Below are positions 46,051 through 58,404 of a DNA stretch of 64,000 nt, piece after piece. Numbering within the stretch: position 1 is the stretch's first letter; each line of letters begins with the position of its first letter. Position numbers and translations under genes: made by a program. The notes below the pieces were generated by a model. That model was not told where the DNA came from, searched no databases, and saw only the letters and a list, made by a program, of their open reading frames with translations. The DNA lies in assembly GCA_965238075.1 (NCBI GenBank), contig OZ250173.1, positions 1,152,001-1,216,000 of the forward strand, read 5' to 3'. This DNA is from Candidatus Entotheonellaceae bacterium. Its GTDB lineage: Bacteria; Tectomicrobia; Entotheonellia; Entotheonellales; Entotheonellaceae.

Positions 46051-47198
46051 GGTTTCCCGACGCCCGGCGATTCTGGCAATTCCAGGGCCGGTTTGACTCA
46101 ACTCTGCGGCGAATGCCTCGAGCGCGGCCTTTGAGTGATCGCCTTGCCGAACCATGCCTGTCATCATCTGATCAATGTCGCGCATTTTCCGGTCCATGTC
46201 CTGTGGCGACAGGCCTAGCAGCGGCGCGTACACGTCTCTCCGACGCCTCAGCGTTTGCCAGATCCAGCCTTCTGGCGGCTCGTTACCCAGCAGGAACAAC
46301 GGTTGCACGCTGCGATCGTCGCGGTCGAGGAAGATTCTCGCCTCCGGTGGCACGCTGTCCAGCACCACAGGACTGTGCGAAGCAACGATGATCTGCAGTT
46401 GTTGCCGCAGTGCGATGCGCTGCAACTCCAGCATGACTTGCTGTTGCGTGTAAGGGTGCAGACCCGTATCCACCTCATCAATCAGGATCAGAGCGTCATG
46501 GAGGCCTGAAACATCCTTTGAGATACGCAGAATCGCCCGTTCCCCGGAGGACATGTGGAACTCCGAGTAGCGCGTGTCCTGGTTTGTCTCCACCTCGGCA
46601 AACAGCAGGTCACGGCTCTGGGCGCTGATGAAGGAGAGGTTGCGGTACCGCTGGCGTAGGATATGGCGGGCGAAGACCAAAAGGTTGGGGGTCAGCGTAT
46701 CCGCCTGGTACTGCTTACGACCAAGCTGCAGGATGCCTCGAACCTCGGACGGATTGGCGAGATTGGCCAGGGTGCGCAGGTATACGTTGCGTTCCGGTTG
46801 CGTGCCGCCCTTGCGGCCCATGAAGCTGCGATTCCATGATTTGTTGCGCTTCCAGGCCAATGGACAGGCGCTCGTTATTGTGCAGGTAGTAAAAGGCCAG
46901 TTCCGTTTGCGCTGCGGTATCGGAGAGCGAGCCTCCTTGCCGATCTGTGAAATTGGGAAACAGGCTGCTCCCGCGATCCCCTGCCCGGTACGCGCAGGCA
47001 CAAGCGAACAGCACCGTGGATTTGCCGCAGCCGTTTGGCCCCGCCAGCACGGATACCGGATAGCCGAACGGCACACGCAAGTACCCTGATGCCCCGGAAA
47101 TTCCGAATGTGGACTTCCTGTAGCATGTCGCGACGCTGCGGCATGCTGGCACGCATGGCCTCCCATACCTTCTGCAGTTCTCTGACGATCAGTGACAT
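45976..47198 (-). pseudogene. AAA_21/OLD-like ATPase with two +1 frameshifts (about 47083 and 46859) and probable internal deletion
   Basis: IRNFRGI / GPNGCGKST / MSSGE, LIDEVDTGLHP and SHS are spread over three frames. Confidence 0.8.
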
Positions 47199-47385
47199 GC
47201 TTGGCATCCTCCCCTACCGGGCCGGCGTGCGTAAGCCTCGTCCCCGTAAGCAGCATGCGACCCGCGCTTATGGCCTGATTCAAGGATTGGGAAGGCGTTC
47301 GCTTGATGGTGAGGATCCTAAACCGAAATTCTCCTGACTTGGACTTGGGAGAGCATCCGCCGAGACGAATTGAGGAAGACCGCCT

Positions 47386-47475
47386 GACTTCATCCCCGCC
47401 TGTGCGGGGAACACGCATCGAAGACTGGGAAAAGGCATTGGGAACGCGGTTCATCCCCGCCTGTGCGGGGAACAC
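47386..47475 (-). CRISPR. Type I-E CRISPR remnant: 2 repeats, one 32-nt spacer
   Basis: GTGTTCCCCGCACAGGCGGGGATGAACCG at 47447-47475; degenerate terminal copy ending GAAGTC at 47386-47414; spacer 47415-47446. Confidence 0.92.
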
Positions 47476-47535
47476 TCGGCGACGGACGGGCAGCCAAGCG
47501 GCGTTGATCAGATTGAAGACGTCGGGCTCACACAT
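47476..47535 (-). pseudogene. cse1: N-terminal 20 codons of Cse1/CasA (Cas8e)
   Basis: MCEPDVFNLINAAWLPVRRR matches the FNL-x4-WLPV Cse1 start; downstream of cas3 on the same strand. Confidence 0.75.
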
Positions 47536-47673
47536 GACGCGTCTCGGTGGACACAGTACGCTGGACAGGTGGCAAGGCCGTCCGTCGATCTTGCCTCAAC
47601 AGGGAAAATCCGACAAACTCCCGAACGAGTCAAGCCCTATATACTGCACTAGACGATTCGTTGGGGGGATGAC

Positions 47674-47937
47674 ATGAATCTGTACCGGTTACGATCCGTT
47701 CTGCGGGAACCGTCGGACGAAACTGAGGGCAAGTACCTGGCCGAGATACCCGATTTGCCCGGTTGCCGGGCGTGGGGCGACACCGCTGCACAGGCTTTGG
47801 AAAGCCTGCAATGCGTTGCGGCAGCGTTCATCGAATCATACCGCGATCGCGGCGATCCTCTTCCGCCTCAAGTGGCCGCCGCTGTCGTTGACGCCAGCGA
47901 GCATCAAGGTTTCAGTGAAGTCATGGTCGCGGTTTGA
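47674..47937 (+). CDS. hicB: HicB-like antitoxin (short, no DNA-binding domain)
   Basis: YLAEIPDLPGCRAWGDTAAQAL. Confidence 0.9.
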   Translation: MNLYRLRSVLREPSDETEGKYLAEIPDLPGCRAWGDTAAQALESLQCVAAAFIESYRDRGDPLPPQVAAAVVDASEHQGFSEVMVAV

Positions 47938-48143
47938 GATACAGCGAACTCACACGCAAGCTGCATCGACTCGGATGCGTCCTGGACAGACGCGCTCGTG
48001 GCGATCACGAGATCTGGATTCGTCCATCGACGGGCGGCAGAACGACCATTCCAAATTGGGGCGGCCGTGAACTGAAAACAGGAACCGTCAGAGCGATCCT
48101 ACGGGACTTGGGTGTCACCCGCCAGGAATTCGACCGTGCATGA
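47934..48143 (+). CDS. hicA: HicA family mRNA interferase toxin
   Basis: ARGDHEIW, LKTGTVRAILRDLG; TTGA overlap with hicB. Confidence 0.88.
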   Translation: MRYSELTRKLHRLGCVLDRRARGDHEIWIRPSTGGRTTIPNWGGRELKTGTVRAILRDLGVTRQEFDRA

Positions 48144-48201
48144 ACGGCTCCTTGAAGCTGCCGACGGGAAGTAGTCTTCCGGGCATGGCTTGCCTTACCC
48201 C

Positions 48202-50925
48202 TCATCGTTCTTTCTTGTCGGTCGTCAAACCGCGCTGCGGACTATAGCTGAGCCGGACGTCCGTCGGCGTCTCGCCGCCCGACATTGCCGTTCCAGACCA
48301 GGTTTGATCCCCGGCCTCGGACTCCTCAAGCACCACCAGAATCTTGTCCGCATCGAACCGCGTCCAGTCCATCTTTGCCGCGCGGACAGCATCGGCATGT
48401 TCAGACGGCACGGCTTCGCCACCGACACGTCGCGCAGAAATGTTCACCTCGCTGAGCCGCCATGCCCGCCACGGCTCGCTCGGTTCGACATGGGGCGCGT
48501 AAGGCTCGATACGGTCACCGCGGACCCGTGCGAGCCGTAGCGTGACTTGCAGGTCGTCAACGAGCCGGGTTGGCGTGCGTACGTCGCTGTCCCAGGCACC
48601 GCCGTCTCTCACATAGCCCTTGGTAAGATCAAGTACGTTGGTGTTGGCCACCCCACGCTCGGCGCCCGCTCTGCCCTCTGCATCGAAGAAGCTGCCTTGC
48701 AATGCCTCTGGGACGGCCAGTTCGGCATCATCGCCGTATACGGCCTCAATGAGCGCCCGCAAACCGCCAGGGCTTTCGATGCTGCCGGCGTCAGCCAACG
48801 TTTTAGCCGTCAGCCAGAGGCGGGCGTGATCCTTGTAAACATACGCGGCGCGTGGAAAAGCCCGGCTGAACCACTTTTCGTCCGCGTCGGCGATGGGTTC
48901 CGGTCCCACCACGAGCAATTCCGGCTGCCCTTCACGTTCGGGGCGGTGGTGTCGCCACAGCCTGCCCGCACGTTGGATCAGCAGGTCAATCGGCGCGAGA
49001 TCAGTGATCAGGGCATCAAAGTCCAGATCCAGCGATTGCTCGACCACCTGCGTGGCGATCAGCACCTTGCCGGCTCGCTGCGTGGAGGTGCTGAGCTTAC
49101 CGAACGTCGCAACCACCCATTTCTCGATTCGCAGGCGGTCGACAAGCGCGAAGCGAGCGTGGAAGACCTCCGCAGCGAACCCTCTGGCCGTCAACGCGGC
49201 ATGGGCTTCGAGAGTGTCATCGACCGTGTTGCGAATGTAGAGCACGGCTTGGCCGCTGTGAGTTGCCTGTTCGACTGCGGTCAGCGCCTCCTCCGGGGTG
49301 CCGAGGAATCGCATCGGAAGCCTGCGCGCCCGCCCGGACTGTCCAAGAACCTTCATGGATGTGCGGACGTTGGCTCCACAGACCGTGGCCAATGGGTAGT
49401 CCATGTCGCTGATGACCGATCTGTGTGTTATCTCTTCGTTTCCCAACCCTTTCGAGAAAGCGCTGGCCAGCCGTTTACGGACCGAAAGGGGAAGAGTGGC
49501 CGACAGCAGGATCGCACAGCCACCCAGCCCTGCCTGGAATTCGAGCAGCCGCTCGATCTCGCGCTGCATATAGGCATCGTAAGCATGCACCTCATCGAGA
49601 ATGAGAACACGGCGCATGAGGCCCAACAGCCGCAGCGATTGGTGCCGACTGGGCAGAATCGACAACAATGCCTGATCCACCGTGCCGGCGCCCGCATCGG
49701 CCAGAAAGGCGCGCCGCCTGTCGTCGGCAATCCAGGCCGCGCAGGCTGCCGAGGCAGTCGTTTCAGAACCCTCCCCCCGACTCCCGGTTTGTGAATAGGG
49801 AGTCTCGTTGCGCCCGGCCGGCAGCACCGCCGACCGGAAACCGTCGTGCATGTCGCGCCCGCCGTGAGCCAGGGCAATCGAGGGGAAGGCGCCTGCTGAG
49901 AACAACTGCCGATACGCGGCGGCGAGCCGATCGAACATGGCGTTGGCCGTGGCCATGGTGGGCAGTGCCACATACAGACCGTCTGCCTGGCCGGACGCCA
50001 TCAGTCTGTGGGCGAGCATCAGGGCCGCCTCGGTCTTGCCGCTGCCCGTTTCGTCTTCGATCATGAACAGCGCCGCACCGTCCGGCAGTTCGACGCATTT
50101 AGCCCAGTCCTGCATCGGAGTTGGGGTCGCATCCGCCCCAATCAAGGCGCCGTAATCGAGGTGGTTGTTACTTTCGGCCGGCAGGACGCCCGACGCTTCA
50201 ACGGCGCTCTTCGCTTGTTCGCGGGCATGGTTCCAGTATGCCTGGAGGTCTTGAATCGGTTCGCAGTACGGAAACCATTCCTGCCTGGAGCCGATCCAGT
50301 CCGCCAGCACAGCAAAGCCGGCGAGGGCGAAAGACGCGCGCCGTACGCCTTCGCGTTCGAGCGGCGGCAACGCCTGCGGCAAGGCGAGCAGGTCGCGAGT
50401 CTGTTGGACGAACATATCGGCAGCCTCAATGCCTGCCTTGCCGAAGTCGGGCCGTAAGGTGACACGGTTCTCGCCGATAACCGGCTGCGGTGGGGCACCG
50501 TGATGCCCGACGACCGCCGAGACCAAGAGTCGCCAGACACGGTGGCTCGGTCCGCTAGGCAAATGGAAGAGGCCGTCATCTGCATCGAATAGGCGCAGCC
50601 CGCCAGCGCCGTGGTCGTAGCGGTCTGGAACAGAGGCGGGATCGTCACCGAGACAGCCGGGGTACAGTGCCGGCTCCTTTGCCTGAAATTTCTTGGCGAA
50701 CTTGCCGATGTCGTGCAGGCACAGAAGGAAGCAAAGGACGGGAATGAAGTCTTCACTGGGTAGGCCCAGTAAGTCGAGCAGGCTTTGTCGCAGGCCACGA
50801 TGCCGGGTCATCAGTGCCTCGCCGACCGCGGCGACATCGAGGCAATGGTACGGCAATGGGTGCCATTGGGGGCGGCGGTCGGGGTCGAGAGGCCGCGCCT
50901 TGCCCCAGAACGAGAGCTCATTCAT
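48202..50925 (-). CDS. cas3: Cas3 HD nuclease-helicase (type I-E)
   Basis: HCLDVA, LHDIGK, GHHG, ADWIGS, TGSGKTE, DEVH, SAT, QRAGRLWRH; uninterrupted 907 aa. Confidence 0.95.
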   Translation of the reverse strand: MNELSFWGKARPLDPDRRPQWHPLPYHCLDVAAVGEALMTRHRGLRQSLLDLLGLPSEDFIPVLCFLLCLHDIGKFAKKFQAKEPALYPGCLGDDPASVPDRYDHGAGGLRLFDADDGLFHLPSGPSHRVWRLLVSAVVGHHGAPPQPVIGENRVTLRPDFGKAGIEAADMFVQQTRDLLALPQALPPLEREGVRRASFALAGFAVLADWIGSRQEWFPYCEPIQDLQAYWNHAREQAKSAVEASGVLPAESNNHLDYGALIGADATPTPMQDWAKCVELPDGAALFMIEDETGSGKTEAALMLAHRLMASGQADGLYVALPTMATANAMFDRLAAAYRQLFSAGAFPSIALAHGGRDMHDGFRSAVLPAGRNETPYSQTGSRGEGSETTASAACAAWIADDRRRAFLADAGAGTVDQALLSILPSRHQSLRLLGLMRRVLILDEVHAYDAYMQREIERLLEFQAGLGGCAILLSATLPLSVRKRLASAFSKGLGNEEITHRSVISDMDYPLATVCGANVRTSMKVLGQSGRARRLPMRFLGTPEEALTAVEQATHSGQAVLYIRNTVDDTLEAHAALTARGFAAEVFHARFALVDRLRIEKWVVATFGKLSTSTQRAGKVLIATQVVEQSLDLDFDALITDLAPIDLLIQRAGRLWRHHRPEREGQPELLVVGPEPIADADEKWFSRAFPRAAYVYKDHARLWLTAKTLADAGSIESPGGLRALIEAVYGDDAELAVPEALQGSFFDAEGRAGAERGVANTNVLDLTKGYVRDGGAWDSDVRTPTRLVDDLQVTLRLARVRGDRIEPYAPHVEPSEPWRAWRLSEVNISARRVGGEAVPSEHADAVRAAKMDWTRFDADKILVVLEESEAGDQTWSGTAMSGGETPTDVRLSYSPQRGLTTDKKER

Positions 50926-50969
50926 GGCCGTGTCACCCCTCAATTCGGCGCTTGCAGCGGAAATTGGAC

Positions 50970-51720
50970 ACCTCCAGGACGGCGGCAATGCCCGCTTCCT
51001 GAACGCCATGGTCGTGTGGGGCGACGAGGCCGCCGTTCGTTCGCGCCCGCGTCCGGGAGCACTTTGACGCCGGCGCCACCCAGGTCTGCCTCCAACCCGT
51101 CCATCCCCAAGGCGACCTTGCCGGCGCCAAGACGATGCTCACCGCCCTGGCGCCGTAGCAAGCCTTACCCGATGCGCTTGAAAATACTGTGTGACCGGTT
51201 GGTCGCGTGTGGCCGAATCTTCGTCGGCCACTCGCCCTTTTCCGACTCCGCCAGCCAGGCGTCGCTGCTCGGCGTTTCCGGCGAGTCGATGTGATACACG
51301 GCGGCATACCTGGCCATGCCCTCGGCATTGCTCGACTCCAGCCGATACCGGTCGCAGCCGTGCACCCCCGGCGCTTTCAGGATATTGGGCACGTGCTCGG
51401 TGTCGTATACCCGGTTGAACTCGGCCTCCATCTCCGCCGGAATATCCATCTGCACGAGATAAACGTAGTCCGCCATAGCGCCTCCATGATCTGACCTGAA
51501 AGGTTTGATTTACTTGCAATAAACGGGGATGTCCTCGAACGCAGTCCAGCCCTGCGCGCCCGAGGGTCGGCATGGTAACACCCGTCCGGTACGGCAACAA
51601 ACAGGATAAGGCGCGTCATCAGCGCCAATATGCAGAAATGTAATCGTCAGGGTTGCCGCCAAGCGTTGATCTGCTCTTCCATCGGAACGAGGAACCCGGC
51701 AAGTACGAAGAGGAAATCCT
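50970..51720 (+). repeat. Direct repeat copy 2 (includes frameshifted LLM 3' fragment)
   Basis: LQDGGNARFLNAMVVWGDEAAV fragment, duplicate small gene and INAWRQ terminus. Confidence 0.9.
51165..51476 (-). CDS. EthD-like protein, copy 2
   Basis: 100 of 103 aa identical to 45525..45836. Confidence 0.75.
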   Translation of the reverse strand: MADYVYLVQMDIPAEMEAEFNRVYDTEHVPNILKAPGVHGCDRYRLESSNAEGMARYAAVYHIDSPETPSSDAWLAESEKGEWPTKIRPHATNRSHSIFKRIG

Positions 51721-51860
51721 GCAGCGTGCCGAACCTGCCAAGCATCCGAATGTGGGCCGGAAACTCTGCCTGCCCGGTGTTCCTGCCGATGACGAAGTAT
51801 TCATGCCAAAGGTCCAAGTGGGCGTTCAACACGTCCAGGACGCCGAGGATTACCCCGCCG
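51647..51860 (-). pseudogene. C-terminal remnant of a paralogue of the 45976-47198 ATPase
   Basis: LAGFLVPMEEQINAWRQP versus LAEFLVPLGERINAWRQF. Confidence 0.65.
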
Positions 51861-51899
51861 GCGCAGCGGTCGGGCGTATGTCGGGCCAACAGGTCCCCT

Positions 51900-52200
51900 G
51901 GATCCCCGCGATGGGGTTGGGGTGCTGAGCCGCTGTTCCTACGTGGCGGACAATGGTTTCTTTAGGCCGTGGTGGCAGTCGCATTGGCAAAGGCCCTGCG
52001 ACGCCTGCGTCCTGACGCCCAAGAACTATCCGGGAGATGGCGGTTGTGCAGCGCGCCGCCGACACGCCGGCTGGCGGCAACTTGTGGAGACCATCAACGG
52101 GCATCTGGAACAGAGCCTTTGGTTTGCACTTTACTTTCCTGGCGCCCGCAGCTTGTGGGGTCTGCAAAGCCGGATAGCCGCCAAATTGACGGCCTTGAGC
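51900..52200 (+). mobile_element. IS982-like transposase remnant
   Basis: YVADNGF...VLTP...RQLVETINGHL...ARSLWGLQSRIAAKL. Confidence 0.65.
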
Positions 52201-52249
52201 CCTGAATCAAGTAGCGCAGGCTCTGGGCTGCTTTGGAAACGGGGAACGG

Positions 52250-52534
52250 CTACTGCCGGTAGACGGTGTGAACGGGCCGGTCGCTCAGAATTTGCTCCGC
52301 ACCCCAGTTGACCACTTTCTTGAACTGATCCGACTGGATAAATGACTGGAAGGCGTCTTCCGAAGACCACTCGGAGACGATGAGGTAGGATTGGCCGTCC
52401 TGGACGTCTTTGTAGAGGGCCGACTTCGCGTGTCCTTCCATCGTTTGCAAGCTTTCCAGAACATTCGCGAAGACCTTTTCAAACTGAACCTCTTTGCCCT
52501 GCAAAACCCTGTAATTCATACCCACGGTAATCAT
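52250..52534 (-). CDS. Antibiotic biosynthesis monooxygenase (ABM) family protein
   Basis: YLIVSEWSSEDAF. Confidence 0.85.
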   Translation of the reverse strand: MITVGMNYRVLQGKEVQFEKVFANVLESLQTMEGHAKSALYKDVQDGQSYLIVSEWSSEDAFQSFIQSDQFKKVVNWGAEQILSDRPVHTVYRQ

Positions 52535-52656
52535 CTATCCCGATCCCCTTCACGGGTCCTGTTCGGTGCTTCGTTGCCCAGCGGCTATTCTTTGGCCAGC
52601 CTACCATGAAGTCGCCGGGCATGTCACTGGCGTCGTCCACGGGCAGGGAGCAGCCA

Positions 52657-52697
52657 TTCCCTCCCCCCGCCGATGGGGAGGGCCAGGGAGGGGGGCA
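52657..52697. repeat. REP-like palindromic element
   Basis: ccctcccc...ggggaggg-ccagggagggggg in an intergenic region. Confidence 0.5.
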
Positions 52698-52816
52698 TGA
52701 CCCGCTCCGGCGCCTCACCTTGTACCCTGCCGGGGCGCGTGCTAAGGTTTTATGCCCTACCGCGCCGCTGATTCACAGGCGGTATACGAAGCAATCCCAT
52801 ACATGAGGAAGTTGTC

Positions 52817-53995
52817 ATGGCGCTCGTGGAGCGGTTGACGTTCGGAATCTTCCTGGCTCCCTTCCACCGGCTTGGCGAGAATCCCACCCTGGCTCTGGAA
52901 CGCAATCTCGAATTGCTTCAATGGCTCGACCGCCTCGGCTACGACGAAGCCTGGATCGGCGAGCACCACAGCGCCGGATGGGAAACCATCGCCTCGCCCG
53001 AGGTGTTTATGGCCACGGCGGCCGAACGCACCCGCCACATCCGCCTCGGCACCGGCGTCGTCAGCTTGCCGTACCACCACCCGCTGATGGTCGCCAACCG
53101 CCTCGTCCTGCTCGACCACCTGACGCGCGGCCGCGTGATGCTCGGCGTCGGCCCCGGCGCCCTGATTACCGACGCCCACATGCTAGGCCTCAATCCCGCC
53201 CGGCAACGCGACATGATGGACGAATCGCTGACCGTCATTAAACGCCTTCTGACCGAGCCCGAACCCATTACCTACAAGAGCGACTGGTTTGAGTTGCGTG
53301 ACGCGCTCCTGCACCTGCGGCCTTACACCCAGCCGCACTTCCCCATCGCCGTCGCCAGCGTCCAGTCGCCCGCCGGCGTCGAATTAGCCGGCAAGCACGG
53401 CGCCGGCGTCCTTTCCCTGAGCGCCTATGCAGGCGTGCGGGGCGTCGTGGCGCTGCCCGAGCAGTGGAAGATCGCCGAGGAAAGCGCGGCGCTGCACGGC
53501 AACACCATGGACCGCCGGGGCTGGCGGCTGGTGATGCCGATTCACATAGCCGAAACGCGCCAGCAAGCCTTCGACGAGGCGCGGCACGGGGCCGCCGCGT
53601 GGCTGCAGGAGTATTTTCGCGACACATTGGGGCAGCCCTTGCCGCCGGATACCGCGCCGGACGACCTCATCGAGGTGATGAGCGAAAATGGCGCCTGGCT
53701 GGTCGGCACACCGGACGACGCCATCGCCACCATCGAACGGCTCGCTAACATCAGCGGCGGCTTTGGCGGCCTGCTGGGCCTGGCGCACGAGTGGGCGCCG
53801 CGTGAAAAGATTCTCCACAGCTACGAATTGCTGGCGCGCTACGTCATACCGCGCTACAACGGCTCCCTGGCCGGTATGGTCGGTTCCAATGCCTGGGCCC
53901 GCAGCGCGCGTGAGGAGTTGGGCGTCCAGCGCCAGCAAGCCATCGAAACGGCCCACGCCGAGTACGAGGCGCGTCAAGCCGCATCCACCAGGTAA
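52817..53995 (+). CDS. LLM class flavin-dependent monooxygenase
   Basis: FGIFLAPFH, WIGEHHS, LDHLTRGR. Confidence 0.9.
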   Translation: MALVERLTFGIFLAPFHRLGENPTLALERNLELLQWLDRLGYDEAWIGEHHSAGWETIASPEVFMATAAERTRHIRLGTGVVSLPYHHPLMVANRLVLLDHLTRGRVMLGVGPGALITDAHMLGLNPARQRDMMDESLTVIKRLLTEPEPITYKSDWFELRDALLHLRPYTQPHFPIAVASVQSPAGVELAGKHGAGVLSLSAYAGVRGVVALPEQWKIAEESAALHGNTMDRRGWRLVMPIHIAETRQQAFDEARHGAAAWLQEYFRDTLGQPLPPDTAPDDLIEVMSENGAWLVGTPDDAIATIERLANISGGFGGLLGLAHEWAPREKILHSYELLARYVIPRYNGSLAGMVGSNAWARSAREELGVQRQQAIETAHAEYEARQAASTR

Positions 53996-54055
53996 TGGCG
54001 GCTGAGTCTGAGCCCGCCAACCGGTCCTTCCAGGCACCAGGAGAAGGTCTACTAC

Positions 54056-55989
54056 ATGCCTGAATCCTATGACGCCGCAGCCATTGAGGTCCTCAGCGGC
54101 CTTGACCCCATCCGCAAACGCCCCAGCATGTTCACCGACACCACCCGTCCCAATCACCTGGCCCACGAAGTCATCGACAACAGCGTCGACGAAGCCATCG
54201 CCGGCCACGCCAGGCGCATCGACGTGACCCTGCACGAGGACAACTCCCTGGAGGTGCGCGACGACGGGCGCGGTATGCCCGTGGACTTGCACCCCGAGGA
54301 GCAGGTGCCGGGCGTGGAAGTCATCCTGACGCGCCTGCACGCCGGCGGTAAATTCTCCAACAAGAACTACCGCTTCTCGGGCGGCCTGCACGGCGTCGGC
54401 GTGTCGGTGGTCAATGCCCTTTCTCTACGCCTGGAAGTCGGAGTGCGGCGCGACGGTCAGGAATACCGCATGACGTTCGCCAATGGGGAAAAGACGTCGG
54501 AACTGGAAGGGGTGGGACCTTGCGGCCGCCGCACCGGCACCACCGTGCGCTTCTGGCCCAACGCCACGTACTTCGAAACCGTCAACTTCTCCCTGCCGCA
54601 CCTGCTGCACATCCTGCGCGCCAAGGCCGTCCTGTGCCCCGGCCTGCAGGTAAAATTTCGCAACGCCAAGACCGGCGAGCAGATGGCGTGGCATTACCAG
54701 GACGGCCTCCGGGCGTACCTGCTCGACACCCTGGACGGCTCGCCCTGCCTGCCGGAGAATGCCTTCGTGGGCCGCATGGCAGACGCGCAGGAGACGGCCG
54801 ATTGGGCTGTCGCGTGGCTGCCGGAGGGCGGCGTCCCACAGCGAGCGCCGGCGAGCGTATTAGATGAGTCAGGGCAAGCGCAGCAAGCGGTGACGGAGAG
54901 CTACGTCAACCTGATTCCCACCCCGCAAGGCGGCACGCACGTCAACGGTCTGCGCACCGGGCTCACCGAAGCCATCCGCGAGTTTTGCGAGTTTCGCAAC
55001 CTGCTGCCGCGCGGCGTGCGCCTGGCCCCCGAGGACGTGTGGGAATCGTGCAGCTACCTGCTGTCGGTCAAGCTGCACGATCCGCAGTTCACCGGCCAGA
55101 CCAAGGAACGCCTCGCTTCGCGCCAGTGCGCCGCCTTCGTTTCCGGCGCCGTCAAGGACGCCCTCAGCCTGTGGCTGCACCAGCACACCGAGGTCGGCGA
55201 GCAGGTGGCGCTGCTGGTCATCCGCAACGCCCAGAAACGCCTGCAAAGCAGCAAGAAAGTGGTGCGCAAGCGCATCACCACCGGCCCCACTCTGCCCGGC
55301 AAGCTGACCGACTGCACGGCGCAGGACCTGGCGCGCACCGAGTTGTTCCTGGTCGAGGGCGATTCCGCCGGCGGCTCCACCAAGCAGGCGCGCAACAAGG
55401 AATTCCAGGCCGTCATGCCCCTGCGCGGCAAAATCCTCAACACCTGGGAGGTCGATCCCGCCCAGGTGCTAGGCTCGCAGGAGGTGCATGACATCTCCCT
55501 GGCCATCGGCGTCGAGCCGGGTTCGCACAACCTCGACGATCTGCGCTACGGCAAGATCTGCATCCTCGCCGACGCCGACTCCGACGGCGCCCACATCGCC
55601 ACCCTGCTGTGCGCCCTGTTCGTGCGTCATTTCCGGCCGCTGGTCAGTGCCGGCCACGTCTACGTCGCCATGCCGCCGCTGTACCGTGTCGACGTGGGAC
55701 AGGATGTCTTCTACGCCCTCGACGCCGCCGAGCGTGACGGCATTCTCAACCGCATCGCCGCCGAACGCCCCAAGGGCAAGCCAACCGTGCTGCGCTTCAA
55801 GGGCCTCGGCGAGATGAACCCCCTGCAATTGCGCCACACCACCCTGAACCCCGACACCCGCCGCCTGGTGCAGCTCACCATCGAGCCGGGCGACGACACC
55901 TCTTCCCTCATGGACATGCTCCTGGCCAAGAAACGCGCCGCCGACCGCAAGGCGTGGCTGGAGCACAACGGCAACCTGGCGGAGGTGTA

Positions 55990-55990
<1 letters not shown>
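54056..55990 (+). CDS. parE: DNA topoisomerase IV subunit B
   Basis: [44 protein letters not shown]. Confidence 0.95.
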
Positions 55991-58308
<2,318 letters not shown>

Positions 58309-58404
58309 CCGAACTTTGTGATACCATGCCCCGCCTAGTCGATGCTTGGGTATGGGAAACGCTGTGGCGGTCGCGGAGAATCTTTTGACCAGGGGAGAGA
58401 TGGA

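Noticed and set aside
47415-47446. Spacer as a CreA/CreR-like guide against the hicBA/cse1 promoter
   Set aside because: Only a weak match of about 9 of 10 nt (acagggaaaa near 47600); repeats are canonical, not CreA-like
45976-47535. 519-aa ORF as a novel Cse1-CRISPR-ATPase fusion protein
   Set aside because: The frame translates repeats and bypasses Walker A, which lies in another frame; openness is probably chance at high GC
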